From the NCBI GenBank assembly GCA_964016885.1, contig CAXHJY010000898.1:1-64000 (forward strand): DNA of 64,000 nucleotides, written 5' to 3'. The translations under genes were made by a program, and so were the position numbers. Each line of letters starts with the position of its first letter. The first letter of the stretch is position 1. The notes under the pieces were generated by a model. It had not been told where the DNA came from. It worked only from the letters and a program-made list of their open reading frames with translations, and ran no database searches. Shown piece after piece: positions 1-12,800 of the stretch. This stretch comes from Eledone cirrhosa (Eukaryota).

Positions 1-3000
1 GCTTATGATAGCTTAGCTTAGGATAGCTTAGGATAGCTTAGGATAGCTTAGCTTAGGATAGCTTAGGAAAGCTTAGCTTAGCTTAGCTTAGGATAGCTTA
101 GCTTAGCTTAGGATAGCTTAGCTTAGCTTAGCTTAGCTTAGGATAGCTTAGCTTAGCTTAGCTTAGGATAGCTTAGGATAGCTTAGCTTAGGATAACTTA
201 GGATAGCTTAGCTTAGGATAGCTTAGGATAGTTTAGCTTAGGATAGCTTAGCTTAGGATAGCTTAGCTTAGCTTAGCTTAGCTTAGGATAGCTTAGGATA
301 GCTTAGGATAGCTTAGCTTAGGATAGCTTAGCTTAGGATAGCTTAGGATAGCTTAGCTTAGCTTAGCTTAGGATAGCTTAGCTTAGCTTAGCTTAGGATA
401 GCTTAGCTTAGCTTAGCTTAGCTTAGGATAGCTTAGCTTAGCTTAGCTTAGGATAGCTTAGGATAGCTTAGCTTAGGATAGCTTAGGATAGCTTAGCTTA
501 GGATAGCTTAGGATAGCTTAGCTTAGGATAGCTTAGGATAGCTTAGCTTAGGATAGCTTAGGATAGCTTAGCTTAGGATAGCTTAGGATAGCTTAGCTTA
601 GCTTAGCTTAGGATAGCTTAGCTTAGCTTAGCTTAGGATAGCTTAGCTTAGCTTAGCTTAGGATAGCTTAGCTTAGCTTACCTTAGGATAGCTTAGCTTA
701 GCTTAGGATAGCTTAGCTTAGGATAGCTTAGCTTAGGATAGCTTAGCTTAGGATAGCTTAGCTTAGGTTAGCTTAGCTTAGCTTAGCTTAGGATAGCTTA
801 GGATAGCTTAGCTTAGGATAGCTTAGCTTAGCTTAGCTTAGGATAGCTTAGCTTAGGATAGCTTAGCTTAGCTTAGCTTAGGATAGCTTAGCTTAGGATA
901 GCTTAGGATAGCTTAGCTTAGCTTAGCTTAAGATAGCTTAGCTTAGCTTAGGATAGCTTAGCTTAGCTTAGCTTAGGATAGCTTAGCTTAGCTTATCTTA
1001 GGATAGCTTAGGATAGCTTAGCTTAGCTTAGCTTAGCTTAGCTTAGGATAGCTTAGCTTAGCTTAGCTTAGGATAGCTTAGCTTAGCTTAGCTTAGGATA
1101 GCTTAGCTTAGCTTAGGATAGCTTAGCTTAGCTTAGCTTAGCTTAGGATAGCTTAGCTTAGCTTAGCTTAGGATAGCTTAGCTTAGGATAGCTTAGGATA
1201 GCTTAGCTTAGGATAGCTTAGCTTAGGATAGCTTAGCTTAGCTTAGCTTAGGATAGCTTAGGATAGCTTAGGATAGCTTAGCTTAGGATAGTTTAGCTCA
1301 GGATAGCTTAGGATAGCTTAGCTTAGCTTAGCTTAGGATAGCTTAGCTTAGCTTAGCTTAGGATAGCTTAGCTTAGCTTAGCTTAGCTTAGGATAGCTTA
1401 GCTTAGCTTAGCTTAGGATAGCTTAGGATAGCTTAGCTTAGGATAGCTTAGGATAGCTTAGCTTAGGATAGCTTAGGATAGCTTAGCTTAGGATAGCTTA
1501 GGATAGCTTAGCTTAGGATAGCTTAGCTTAGGATAGCTTAGGATAGCTTAGCTTAGGATAGCTTAGCTTAGGATAGCTTAGCTTAGGATAGCTTAGGATA
1601 GCTTAGCTTAGCTTAGCTTAGGATAGCTTAGCTTAGCTTAGCTTAGGATAGCTTAGCTTAGCTTAGCTTAGGATAGCTTAGCTTAGCTTAGCTTAGGATA
1701 GCTTAGGATAGCTTAGCTTAGCTTAGCTTAGCTTAGGATAGCTTAGCTTAGCTTAGCTTAGGATAGCTTAGCTTAGCTTAGCTTAGGATAGCTTAGCTTA
1801 GCTTAGCTTAGGATAGCTTAGCTTAGATTAGCTTAGGATAGCTTAGCTTAGCTTAGCTTAGGATAGCTTAGGTTAGCTTAGGATAGCTTAGCTTAGGATA
1901 GCTTAGCTTAGGATAGCTTAGCTTAGGTTAGCTTAGCTTAGCTTAGGATAGCTTAGGATAGCTTAGCTTAGGATAGCTTAGCTTAGCTTAGGATAGCTTA
2001 GCTTAGCTTAGGATAGCTTAGCTTAGCTTAGCTTAGCTTAGGATAGCTTAGCTTAGGATAGCTTAGGATAGCTTAGCTTAGCTTAGGATAGCTTAGCTTA
2101 GCTTAGCTTAGGATAGCTTAGCTTAGCTTAGCTTAGGATAGCTTAGGATAGCTTAGCTTAGCTTAGCTTAGGATAGCTTAGCTTAGCTTAGCTTAGGATA
2201 GCTTAGCTTAGCTTAGCTTAGGATAGCTTAGCTTAGCTTAGGATAGCTTAGCTTAGCTTAGCTTAGCTTAGGATAGCTTAGCTTAGCTTAGCTTAGGATA
2301 GCTTAGCTTAGCTTAGGATAGCTTAGCTTAGCTTAGCTTAGGATAGCTTAGCTTAGCTTAGCTTAGGATAGCTTAGCTTAGCTTAGCTTAGGATAGCTTA
2401 GCTTAGCTTAGCTTAGGATAGCTTAGCTTAGCTTAGGATAGCTTAGCTTAGCTTAGGATAGCTTAGCTTAGCTTAGCTTAGCTTAGCTTAGGATAGCTTA
2501 GCTTAGCTTAGCTTAGGATAGCTTAGCTTAGCTTAGCTTAGGATAGCTTAGCTTAGCTTAGCTTAGGATAGCTTAGCTTAGCTTAGGATAGCTTAGCTTA
2601 GCTTAGCTTAGGATAGCTTAGCTTAGCTGAGCTTAGGATAGCTTAGGATAGCTTAGCTTAGGATAGCTTAGGATAGCTTACCTTAGGAGAGCTTAGCTTA
2701 GGAAAGCTTAGCTTAGGATAGCTTAGGATAGCTTAGCTTAGGATAGCTTAGCTTAGGATAGCTTAGCTTAGGATAGCTTAGGATAGCTTAGCTTAGCTTA
2801 GCTTAGGATAGCTTAGCTTAGCTTAGCTTAGGATAGCTTAGCTTAGCTTAGCTTAGGATAGCTTAGCTTAGCTTAGCTTAGGATAGCTTAGGATAGCTTA
2901 GCTTAGGATAGCTTAGGATAGCTTAGCTTAGGATAGCTTAGGATAGCTTAGCTTAGGATAGCTTAGCTTAGGATAGCTTAGGATAGCTTAGCTTAGCTTA

Positions 3001-5299
3001 GCTTAGGATAGCTTAGGATAGCTTAGCTTAGGATAGCTTAGGATAGCTTAGCTTAGGATAGATTAGGATAGCTTAGCTTAGGATAGTTTAGGATAGCTTA
3101 GCTTAGGATAGCTTAGCTTAGGATAGCTTAGCTTAGCTTAGGATAGCTTAGCTTAGCTTAGCTTAGGATAGCTTAGCTTGGGATAGCTTAGGATAGCTTA
3201 GCTTAGGATAGCTTAGCTTAGGATAGCTTAGGATAGCTTAGCTTAGCTTAGCTTAGGATAGCTTAGCTTAGCATAGCTTCGGATAGCTTAGCTTAGCTTA
3301 GGATAGCTTAGCTTAGCTTAGCTTAGGATAGCTTAGCTTAGCTTAGCTTAGGATAGCTTAGCTAAGCTTAGCTTAGGATAGCTTAGCTTAGCTTAGCTTA
3401 GAATAGCTTAGCTTAGGATAGCTTAGCTTAGGATAGCTTAGCTTAGGATAGCTTAGGATAGCTTAGCTTAGGATAGCTTAGGATAGCTTAGCTTAGGATA
3501 GCTTAGCTTAGCTTAGCTTAGGATAGCTTAGCTTAGCTTAGGATAGCTTAGCTTAGCTTAGCTTAGGATAGCTTAGCTTAGGATAGCTTAGGAAAGCTTA
3601 GCTTAGCTTAGCTTAGGATAGCTTAGCTTAGCTTAGCTTAGGATAGCTTAGCTTAGCTTAGGATAGCTTAGCTTAGCTTAGGATGGCTTAGCTTAGCTTA
3701 GCTTAGGATAGCTTAGCTTAGCTTAGCTTAGGATAGCTTAGCTTAGCTTAGCATAGGATAGCTTAGCTTAGCTTAGCTTAGGATAGCTTAGCTTAGCTTA
3801 GCTTAGGATAGCTTAGCTTAGGATAGCTTAGCTTAGCTTAGGATAGCTTAGCTTAGCTTAGCTTAGCTTAGGATAGCTTAGCTTAGCTTAGCTTAGGATA
3901 GCTTAGCTTAGCTTAGCTTAGGATAGCTTAGCTTAGATTAGCTTAGGATAGCTTCGCTTAGCTTAGCTTAGGATAGCTTAGCTTAGTTTAGGAAAGCTTA
4001 GCTTAGCTTAGCTTAGGATAGCTTAGCTTAGCTTAGGATAGCTTAGCTTAGCTTAGGATAGCTTAGCTTAGCTTAGCTTAGGATAGCTTAGCTTAGCTTA
4101 GCTTAGGATAGCTTAGCTTAGCATAGGATAGCTTAGCTTAGCTTAGCTTAGGATAGCTTAGCTTAGCTTAGCTTAGGATAGCTTAGCTTAGGATAGCTTA
4201 GCTTAGCTTAGCTTAGGATAGCTTAGGATAGCTTAGCTTAGGATAGCTTAGCTTAGGATAGCTTAGGAAAGCTTAGCTTAGCTTAGCTTAGGATAGCTTA
4301 GCTTAGCTTAGCTTAGGATAGCTTAGCTTAGCTTAGCTTAGGATAGCTTAGGATAGCTTAGCTTAGGATAGCTTAGGATAGCTTAGCTTAGGATAGCTTA
4401 GCTTAGGATAGCTTAGCTTAGGATAGCTTAGGATAGCTTAGCTTAGGATAGCTTAGGATAGCTTAGCTTAGCTTAGCTTAGGATAGCTTAGCTTAGCTTA
4501 GCTTAGGATAGCTTAGCTTAGCTTAGCTTAGGATAGCTTAGGATAGCTTAGCTTAGGATAGCTTAGGATAGCTTAGCTTAGGATAGCTTAGGATAGCTTA
4601 GCTTAGGAAGCTTAGGATAGCTTAGCTTAGGATAGCTTAGCTTAGGATAGCTTATCTTAGCTTAGCTTAGCTTAGGATAGCTTAGGATAGCTTAGCTTAG
4701 GATAGCTTAGCTTAGCTTAGCTTAGGATAGCTTAGCTTAGCTTAGGATAGCTTAGCTTAGCTTAGCTTAGAATAGCTTAGCTTAGCTTAGGATAGCTTAG
4801 CTTAGCTTAGCTTAGGATAGCTTAGCTTAGCTTAGGTAGCTTAGCTTAGCTTAGCTTAGGATAGCTTAGCTTAGCTTAGCTTAGCTTAGGATAGCTTAGG
4901 ATAGCTTAGCTTAGGATAGCTTAGCTTAGGTTAGCTTAGCTTAGCTTAGCTTAGGATAGCTTAGGATAGCTTAGCTTAGGATAGCTTAGCTTAGCTTAGC
5001 TTAGGATAGCTTAGCTTAGCTTAGCTTAGGAGAGCTTAGCTTAGCTTAGCTTAGGATAGCTTAGCTTAGGATAGCTTAGGATAGCTTAGCTTAGCTTAGG
5101 ATAGCTTAGCTTAGCTTAGGATAGCTTAGCTTAGCTTAGCTTAGGATAGCTTAGCTTAGCTTAGCTTAGGATAGCTTAGCTTAGCTTAGCTTAGGATAGC
5201 TTAGCTTAGCTTAGGATAGCTTAGGATAGCTTAGGATAGCTTAGCTTAGCTTAGGATAGCTTAGCTTAGCTTAGCTTATGATAGCTTAGCTTAGCTTAG

Positions 5300-8200
5300 C
5301 TTAGGATAGCTTAGCTTAGCTTAGGATAGCTTAGCTTAGCTTAGCTTAGGATAGCTTAGCTTAGCTTAGCTTAGGATAGCTTAGCTTAGCTTAGCTTAGG
5401 ATAGATTAGCTTAGCTTAGCTTAGGATAGCTTAGCTTAGCTTAGCTTAGGATAGCTTAGCTTAGCTTAGCTTAGGATAGCTTAGCTTAGCTTAGGATAGC
5501 TTAGCTTAGCTTAGCTTAGGATAGCTTAGCTTAGCTTAGGATAGCTTAGCTTAGCTTAGCTTAGCTTAGGAGAGCTTAGCTTAGCTTAGCTTAGGATAGC
5601 TTAGCTTAGCTTAGGATAGCTTAGCTTAGCTTAGCTTATCTTAGCTTAGGATAGCTTAGCTTAGCTTAGCTTAGGATAGCTTAGGATAGCTTAGCTTAGG
5701 ATAGCTTAGGATAGCTTACCTTAGGATAGCTTAGCTTAGGATAGCTTAGCTTAGGATAGCTTAGGATAGCTTAGCTTAGCTTAGCTTAGGATAACTTAGC
5801 TTAGCTTAGCTTAGGATAGCTTAGCTTAGCTTAGCATAGGATAGCTTAGCTTAGCTTAGGATAGCTTAGCTTAGCTTAGCTTAGGATAGCTTAGCTTAGC
5901 TTAGCTTAGGATAGCTTAGCTTAGGATAGCTTAGCTTAGGATAGCTTAGCTTAGGATAGCTTAGGATAGCTTAGCTTAGGATAGCTTAGGATAGCTTAGC
6001 TTCGGTTAGCTTAGCTTAGCTAAGGATTGCTTAGCTTAGGATAGCTTAGGATAGCTTAGCTTAGCTTAGCTTAGGATAGCTTAGCTTAGCTTAGGATAGC
6101 TTATCTTAGCTTAGGATAGCTTAGCTTAGCTTAGGATAGCTTAGCTTAGCTTAAGATAGCTTAGCTTAGCTTAGCTTAGGATAGCTTAGCTTAGCTTAGG
6201 TTAGGATAGCTTAGCTTAGCTTAGCTTAGGATAGCTTAGCTTAGCTTAGCTTAGGATAGCTTAGCTTAGCTTAGCTTAGGAGAGCTTAGCTTAGCTTAGC
6301 TTAGGATAGCTTAGCTTAGCTTAGGATAGCTTAGCTTAGCTTAGCTTAGGATAGCTTAGCTTAGCTTAGTTTAGGATAGCTTAGCTTAGCTTAGCTTAGC
6401 TTAGGATAGCTTAGCTTAGCTTAGCTTAGCTTAGGATAGCTTAGCTTAGCTTAGGATAGCTTAGCTTAGCTTAGCTTAGGATAGCTTAGCTTAGCTTAGG
6501 ATAGCTTAGCTTAGCTTAGCTTAGGATAGCTTAGCTTAGCTTAGCTTAGGATAGCTTAGCTTAGCTTAGCTTAGCTTAGGATAGTTTAGCTTAGCTTAGC
6601 TTAGCTTAGGATAGCTTAGCTTAGCTTAGGATAGCTTAGGATAGCTTAGCTTAGGATAGCTTAGCATAGCTTAGCTTAGGATAGCTTAGCTTAGGATAGC
6701 TTAGCTTAGGATAGCTTAGGATAGCTTAGCTTAGCTTAGCTTAGGATAGCTTAGCTTAGCTTAGCTTAGGATAGCTTAGCTTAGCTTAGCTTAGGATAGC
6801 TTAGGATAGCTTAGCTTAGGATAGCTTAGGATAGCTTAGCTTAGGAAAGCTTAGGATAGCTTAGCTTAGGATAGCTTAGGATAGCTTAGCTTAGGATAGC
6901 TTAGGATAGCTTAGCTTAGCTTAGCTTAGGATAGCTTAGCTTAGCTTAGCCTAGGTAGCTTAGCTTAGCTTAGCTTAGGATAGCTTAGGATAGCTTAGCT
7001 TAGGATAGCTTAGGATAGCTTAGCTTATGATAGCTTAGCTTAGGATAGCTTAGCTTAGCTTAGCTTAGGATAGCTTAGCTTAGGATAGCTTAGGATAGCT
7101 TAGCTTAGCTTAGCTTAGGATAGCTTAGCTTAGCTTAGGATAGCTTAGCTTAGCTTAGCTTAGCTTAGGATAGCTTAGCTTAGCTTAGCTTAGGATAGCT
7201 TAGCTTAGCTTAGCTTAGGATAGCTTAGGATAGCTTAGCTTAGGATAGCTTAGGATAGCTTAGCTTAGGATAGCTTAGGATAGCTTAGCTTAGGATAGCT
7301 TAGGATAGCTTAGCTTAGGATAGCTTAGGATAGCTTAGCTTAGCTTAGCTTAGGATAGCTTAGCTTAGCTTAGCTTAGGTAGCTTAGCTTAGCTTAGCTT
7401 AGGATAGCTTAGGATAGCTTAGCTTAGGATAGCTTAGCTTAGCTTAGGATAGCTTAGCTTAGCTTAGCTTAGGATAGCTTAGCTTAGCTTAGCTTAGGAT
7501 AGCTTAGCTTAGCTTAGGATAGCTTAGCTTAGCTTAGCTTAGGATAGCTTAGCTTAGCATAGGATAGCTTAGCTTAGCTTAGCTTAGCTTAGGAGAGCTT
7601 AGCTTAGCTTAGCTTAGGATAGCTTAGCTTAGCTTAGCTTAGGATAGCTTAGCTTAGCTTAGGATAGCTTAGCTTAGCTTAGCTTATCTTAGCTTAGGAT
7701 AGCTTAGCTTAGCTTAGCTTAGGATAGCTTAGCTTAGCTTAGCTTAGGATAGCTTAGGATAGCTTAGCTTAGGATAGCTTAGGATAGCTTACCTTAGGAT
7801 AGCTTAGCTTAGGATAGCTTAGCTTAGGATAGCTTAGGATAGCTTAGCTTAGCTTAGCTTAGGATAACTTAGCTTAGCTTAGCTTAGGATAGCTTAGCTT
7901 AGCTTAGCTTAGGATAGCTTAGCTTAGCTTAGGATAGCTTAGCTTAGCTTAGCTTAGGATAGCTTAGCTTAGCTTAGCTTAGGATAGCTTAGCTTAGGAT
8001 AGCTTAGCTTAGGATAGCTTAGCTTAGGATAGCTTAGGATAGCTTAGCTTAGGATAGCTTAGGATAGCTTAGCTTCGGATAGCTTAGCTTAGCTAAGGAT
8101 TGCTTAGCTTAGGATAGCTTAGGATAGCTTAGCTTAGCTTAGCTTAGGATAGCTTAGCTTAGCTTAGGATAGCTTATCTTAGCTTAGGATAGCTTAGCTT

Positions 8201-8820
8201 AGCTTAGGATAGCTTAGCTTAGCTTAGGATAGCTTAGCTTAGCTTAGCTTAGGATAGCTTAGCTTAGCTTAGCTTAGGATAGCTTAGCTTAGCTTAGCTT
8301 AGGATAGCTTAGCTTAGCTTAGCTTAGGATAGCTTAGCTTAGCTTAGCTTAGGAGAGCTTAGCTTAGCTTAGCTTAGGATAGCTTAGCTTAGCTTAGGAT
8401 AGCTTAGCTTAGCTTAGCTTAGGATAGCTTAGCTTAGCTTAGCTTAGGATAGCTTAGCTTAGCTTAGCTTAGCTTAGGATAGCTTAGCTTAGCTTAGCTT
8501 AGCTTAGGATAGCTTAGCTTAGCTTAGGATAGCTTAGCTTAGCTTAGCTTAGGATAGCTTAGCTTAGCTTAGGATAGCTTAGCTTAGCTTAGCTTAGGAT
8601 AGCTTAGCTTAGCTTAGCTTAGGATAGCTTAGCTTAGCTTAGCTTAGCTTAGGATAGTTTAGCTTAGCTTAGCTTAGCTTAGGATAGCTTAGCTTAGCTT
8701 AGGATAGCTTAGGATAGCTTAGCTTAGGATAGCTTAGGATAGCTTAGCTTAGGATAGCTTAGCTTAGGATAGCTTAGCTTAGGATAGCTTAGGATAGCTT
8801 AGCTTAGCTTAGCTTAGGAT
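5300..8820. repeat. Higher-order tandem duplication, period ~2.07 kb (also present at ~21.2-24.2 kb and ~50.0-52.9 kb)
   Basis: Marker cassette CTTCGG..GCTAAGGATTGC (variant C) at 6003/8076 (2073), 21896/23979 (2083), 50637/52700 (2063), each preceded by TCTTA, CCTTA and ACTTA variants in the same order. Confidence 0.85.
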
Positions 8821-9849
8821 AGCTTAGCTTAGCTTAGCTTAGGATAGCTTAGCTTAGCTTAGGTAGCTTAGCTTAGCTTAGCTTAGGATAGCTTAGCTTA
8901 GCTTAGCTTAGGATAGCTTAGCTTAGGATAGCTTAGCTTAGGATAGCTTAGCTTAAGTTAGCTTAGCTTAGCTTAGGATAGCTTAGGATAGCTTAGCTTG
9001 GGATAGCTTAGATTAGCTTAGCTTAGGATAGCTTAGCATAGCTTAGCTTAGGATAGCTTAGCTTAGCTTAGCTTAGGATAGCTTAGCTTAGGATAGCTTA
9101 GCTTAGGATAGCTTAGCTTAAGTCAGCTTAGCTTAGCTTAGCTTAGGATAGCTTAGGATAGCTTAGCTTAGGATAGCTTAGCTTAGCTTAGCTTAGGATA
9201 GCTTAGCTTAGCTTAGCTTAGGATAGCTTAGCTTAGCTTAGCTTAGGATAGCTTAGCTTAGGATAGCTTAGGATAGCTTAGCTTAGCTTAGCTTACGATA
9301 GCTTAGCTTAGGATAGCTTAGGATAGCTTAGCTTAGCTTAGCTTAGCTTAGGATAGCTTAGCTTAGCTTAGGATAGCTTAGCTTAGCTTAGCTTAGGATA
9401 GCTTAGCTTAGCTTAGCTTAGGATAGCTTAGCTTAGCTTAGCTTAGGATAGCTTAGCTTAGCTTAGGATAGCTTAGCTTAGCTTAGCTTAGGATAGCTTA
9501 GCTTAGCTTAGCTGAGGATAGCTTAGCTTAGCTTAGCTTAGCTTAGGATAGCTTAGCTTAGCTTAGGATAGCTTATCTTAGCTTAGCTTAGGATAGCTTA
9601 ACTTAGGATAGCTTAGCTTAGCTTAGGATAGCTTAACTTAGGATAGCTTAGCTTAGATTAGGATAGCTTAACTTATCTTAGCTTAGGATAGCTTAGCTTA
9701 GCTTAGGATAGCTTAGCTTAGCTTAGCTTAGGATAGCTTAGCTTAGCTTAGCTTAGGATAGCTTAGCTTAGCTTAGGATAGCTTAGCTTAGCTTAGCTTA
9801 GGATAGCTTAGCTTAGCTTAGCTTAGGATAGCTTAGCTTAGCTTAGCTT

Positions 9850-12800
9850 AGGATAGCTTAGCTTAGGATAGCTTAGCTTAGGATAGCTTAGCTAAGGTTA
9901 GCTTAGCTTAGCTTAGCTTAGGATAGCTTAGGATAGCTTAGCTTAGGATAGCTTAGCTTAGCTTAGCTTAGGATAGCTTAGCTTAGTTTAGCTTAGGATA
10001 GCTTAGCTTAGCTTAGCTTAGGATAGCTTAGCTTAGGATAGCTTAGGATTGCTTAGCTTAGCTTAGCTTAGGATAGCTTAGCTTAGCTTAGCTTAGGATA
10101 GCTTAGCTTAGCTTAGGATAGCTTAGCTTAGCTTAGCTTAGGATAGCTTAGCTTAGCTTAGCTTAGGATAGCTTAGCTTAGCTTAGCTTAGGATAGCTTA
10201 GGATAGCTTAGGATAGCTTAGCTTAGCTTAGCTTAGGATAGCTTAGCTTAGCTTAGGATAGCTTAGCTTAGCTTAGCTTAGGATAGCTTAGCTTAGCTTA
10301 GGATAGCTTAGCTTAGCTTAGCTTAGGATAGCTTAGCTTAGCTTAGCTTAGGATAGCTTAGCTTAGCTTAGCTTAGGATAGCTTAGCTTAGCTTAGCTTA
10401 GGATAGCTTAGCTTAGCTTAGCTTAGGATAGCTTAGCTTAGCTTAGCTTAGGATAGCTTAGCTTAGCTTGGCTTAGGATAGCTTAGCTTAGCTTAGGATA
10501 GCTTAGCTTAGCTTAGCTTAGGATAGCTTAGCTTAGCTTAGGATAGCTTAGCTTAATTTAGGATAGCTTAGCTTAGCTTGGCTTAGGATAGCTTAGCTTA
10601 GCTTAGCTTAGGATAGCTTAGGATAGCTTAGGATAGCTTAGCTTTGCTTAGCTTAGGATAGCTTAGCTTAGCTTAGCTTAGGATAGCTTAGCTTAGCTTA
10701 GCTTAGGATAGCTTAGCTTAGCTTAGGATAGCTTAGCTTAGCTTAGCTTAGGATAGCTTAGCTTAGCTTAGCTTAGGATAGCTTAGCTTAGCTTAGCTTA
10801 GGATAGCTTAGCTTAGCTTAGCTTAGGATAGATTAGCTTAGCTTAGGATAGCTTAGCTTAGCTTAGCTTAGGAAAGCTTAGCTTAGCTTAGGATAGCTTA
10901 GTTTAGCTTAGCTTAGGAGAGCTTAGCTTAGCTTAGGATAGCTTAGCTTAGCTTAGCTTAGGATAGCTTAGCTTAGCTTAGCTTAGGTAGCTTAGCTTAG
11001 CTTAGCTTAGGATAGCTTAGCTTAGCTTAGCTTAGGATAGCTTAGCTTAGCTTAGCTTAGGAGAGCTTAGCTTAGCTTAGCTTAGGATAGCTTAGGATAG
11101 CTTAGCTTAGGATAGCTTAGGATAGCTTACCTTAGGAGAGCTTAGCTTAGGATAGCTTAGCTTAGGATAGCTTAGGATAGCTTAGCTTAGGATAGCTTAG
11201 CTTAGGATAGCTTAGCTTAGGATAGCTTAGGATAGCTTAGCTTAGCTTAGCTTAGGATAGCTTAGCTTAGCTTAGCTTAGGATAGCTTAGCTTAGGTTAG
11301 CTTAGCTTAGCTTAGCTTAGCTTAGGATAGCTTAGCTTAGGATAGCTTAGGATAGCTTAGCTTAGGATAGCTTAGGATAGCTTAGCTTAGGAGAGCTTAG
11401 CTTAGGATAGCTTAGGATAGCTTAGCTTAGGATAGCTTAGGATAGCTTAGCTTAGGATAGCTTAGCTTAGGATAGCTTAGGATAGCTTAGCTTAGCTTAG
11501 CTTAGGATAGCTTAGCTTAGCTTAGCTTAGGATAGCTTAGCTTAGCTTAGCTTAGGATAGCTTAGCTTAGCTTAGCTTAGGATAGCTTAGGATAGCTTAG
11601 CTTAGGATAGCTTAGGATAGCTTAGCTTAGGATAGCTTAGGATAGCTTAGGATAGCTTAGCTTAGCTTAGCTTAGGATAGCTTAGCTTAGCTTAGCTTAG
11701 GATAGCTTAGCTTAGCTTAGCTTAGGATAGCTTAGCTTAGCTTAGGATAGCTTAGCTTAGCTTAGCTTAGGATAGCTTAGCTTAGCTTAGCTTAGGACAG
11801 CTTAGCTTAGCTTAGCTTAGGATAGCTTAGCTTAGCTTAGGATAGCTTAGCTTAGCTTAGCTTAGGATAGCTTAGCTTAGGATAGCTTAGCTTAGGATAG
11901 CTTAGCTTAGGTTAGCTTAGCTTAGCTTAACTTAGGATAGCTTAGGATAGCTTAGCTTAGGATAGCTTAGCTTAGCTTAGCTTAGGATAGCTTAGCTTAG
12001 CTAGCTTAGGATAGCTTAGCTTAGCTTAGCTTAGGATAGCTTAGCTTAGCTTAGCTTAGGATAGCTTAGCTTAGGATAGCTTAGGATAGCTTAGCTTAGC
12101 TTAGCTTAGGATAGCTTAGCTTAGCTTAGCTTAGGATAGCTTAGCTTAGCTTAGGATAGCTTAGCTTAGCTTAGCTTAGGATAGCTTAGCTTAGCTTAGC
12201 TTAGGATAGCTTAGCTTAGCTTAGCTTAGGATAGCTTAGGATAGCTTAGGATAGCTTAGCTTAGCTTAGCTTAGGATAGCTTAGCTTAGCTTAGCTTAGG
12301 ATAGCTTAGCTTAGCTTAGCTTAGGATAGCTTAGCTTAGCTTAGGATAGCTTAGCTTAGCTTAGCTTAGGATAGCTTAGCTTAGCTTAGCTTAGGATAGC
12401 TTAGCTTAGCTTAGCTTAGGATAGCTTAGCTTAGCTTAGGATAGCTTAGCTTAGCTTAGCTTAGGATAGCTTAGCTTAGGATAGCTTAGGATAGCTTAGC
12501 TTAGGATAGCTTAGCTTAGGATAGCTTAGGATAGCTTAGCTAGCTTAGCTTAGGATAGCTTAGCTTAGCTTAGCTTAGGATAGCTTAGCTTAGCTTAGGA
12601 TAGCTTAGCTTAGCTTAGCTTAGGATAGCTAGCTTAGCTAGCTTAGGATAGCTTAGGATAGCTTAGCTTAGCTTAGCTTAGGAATAGCTTAGCTTAGCTT
12701 AGCTTAGGATAGCTTAGCTTAGCTTAGCTTAGGATAGCTTAGCTTAGGATAGCTTAGCTTAGGATAGCTTAGCTTAGGTAGCTTAGCTTAGCTTAGCTTA

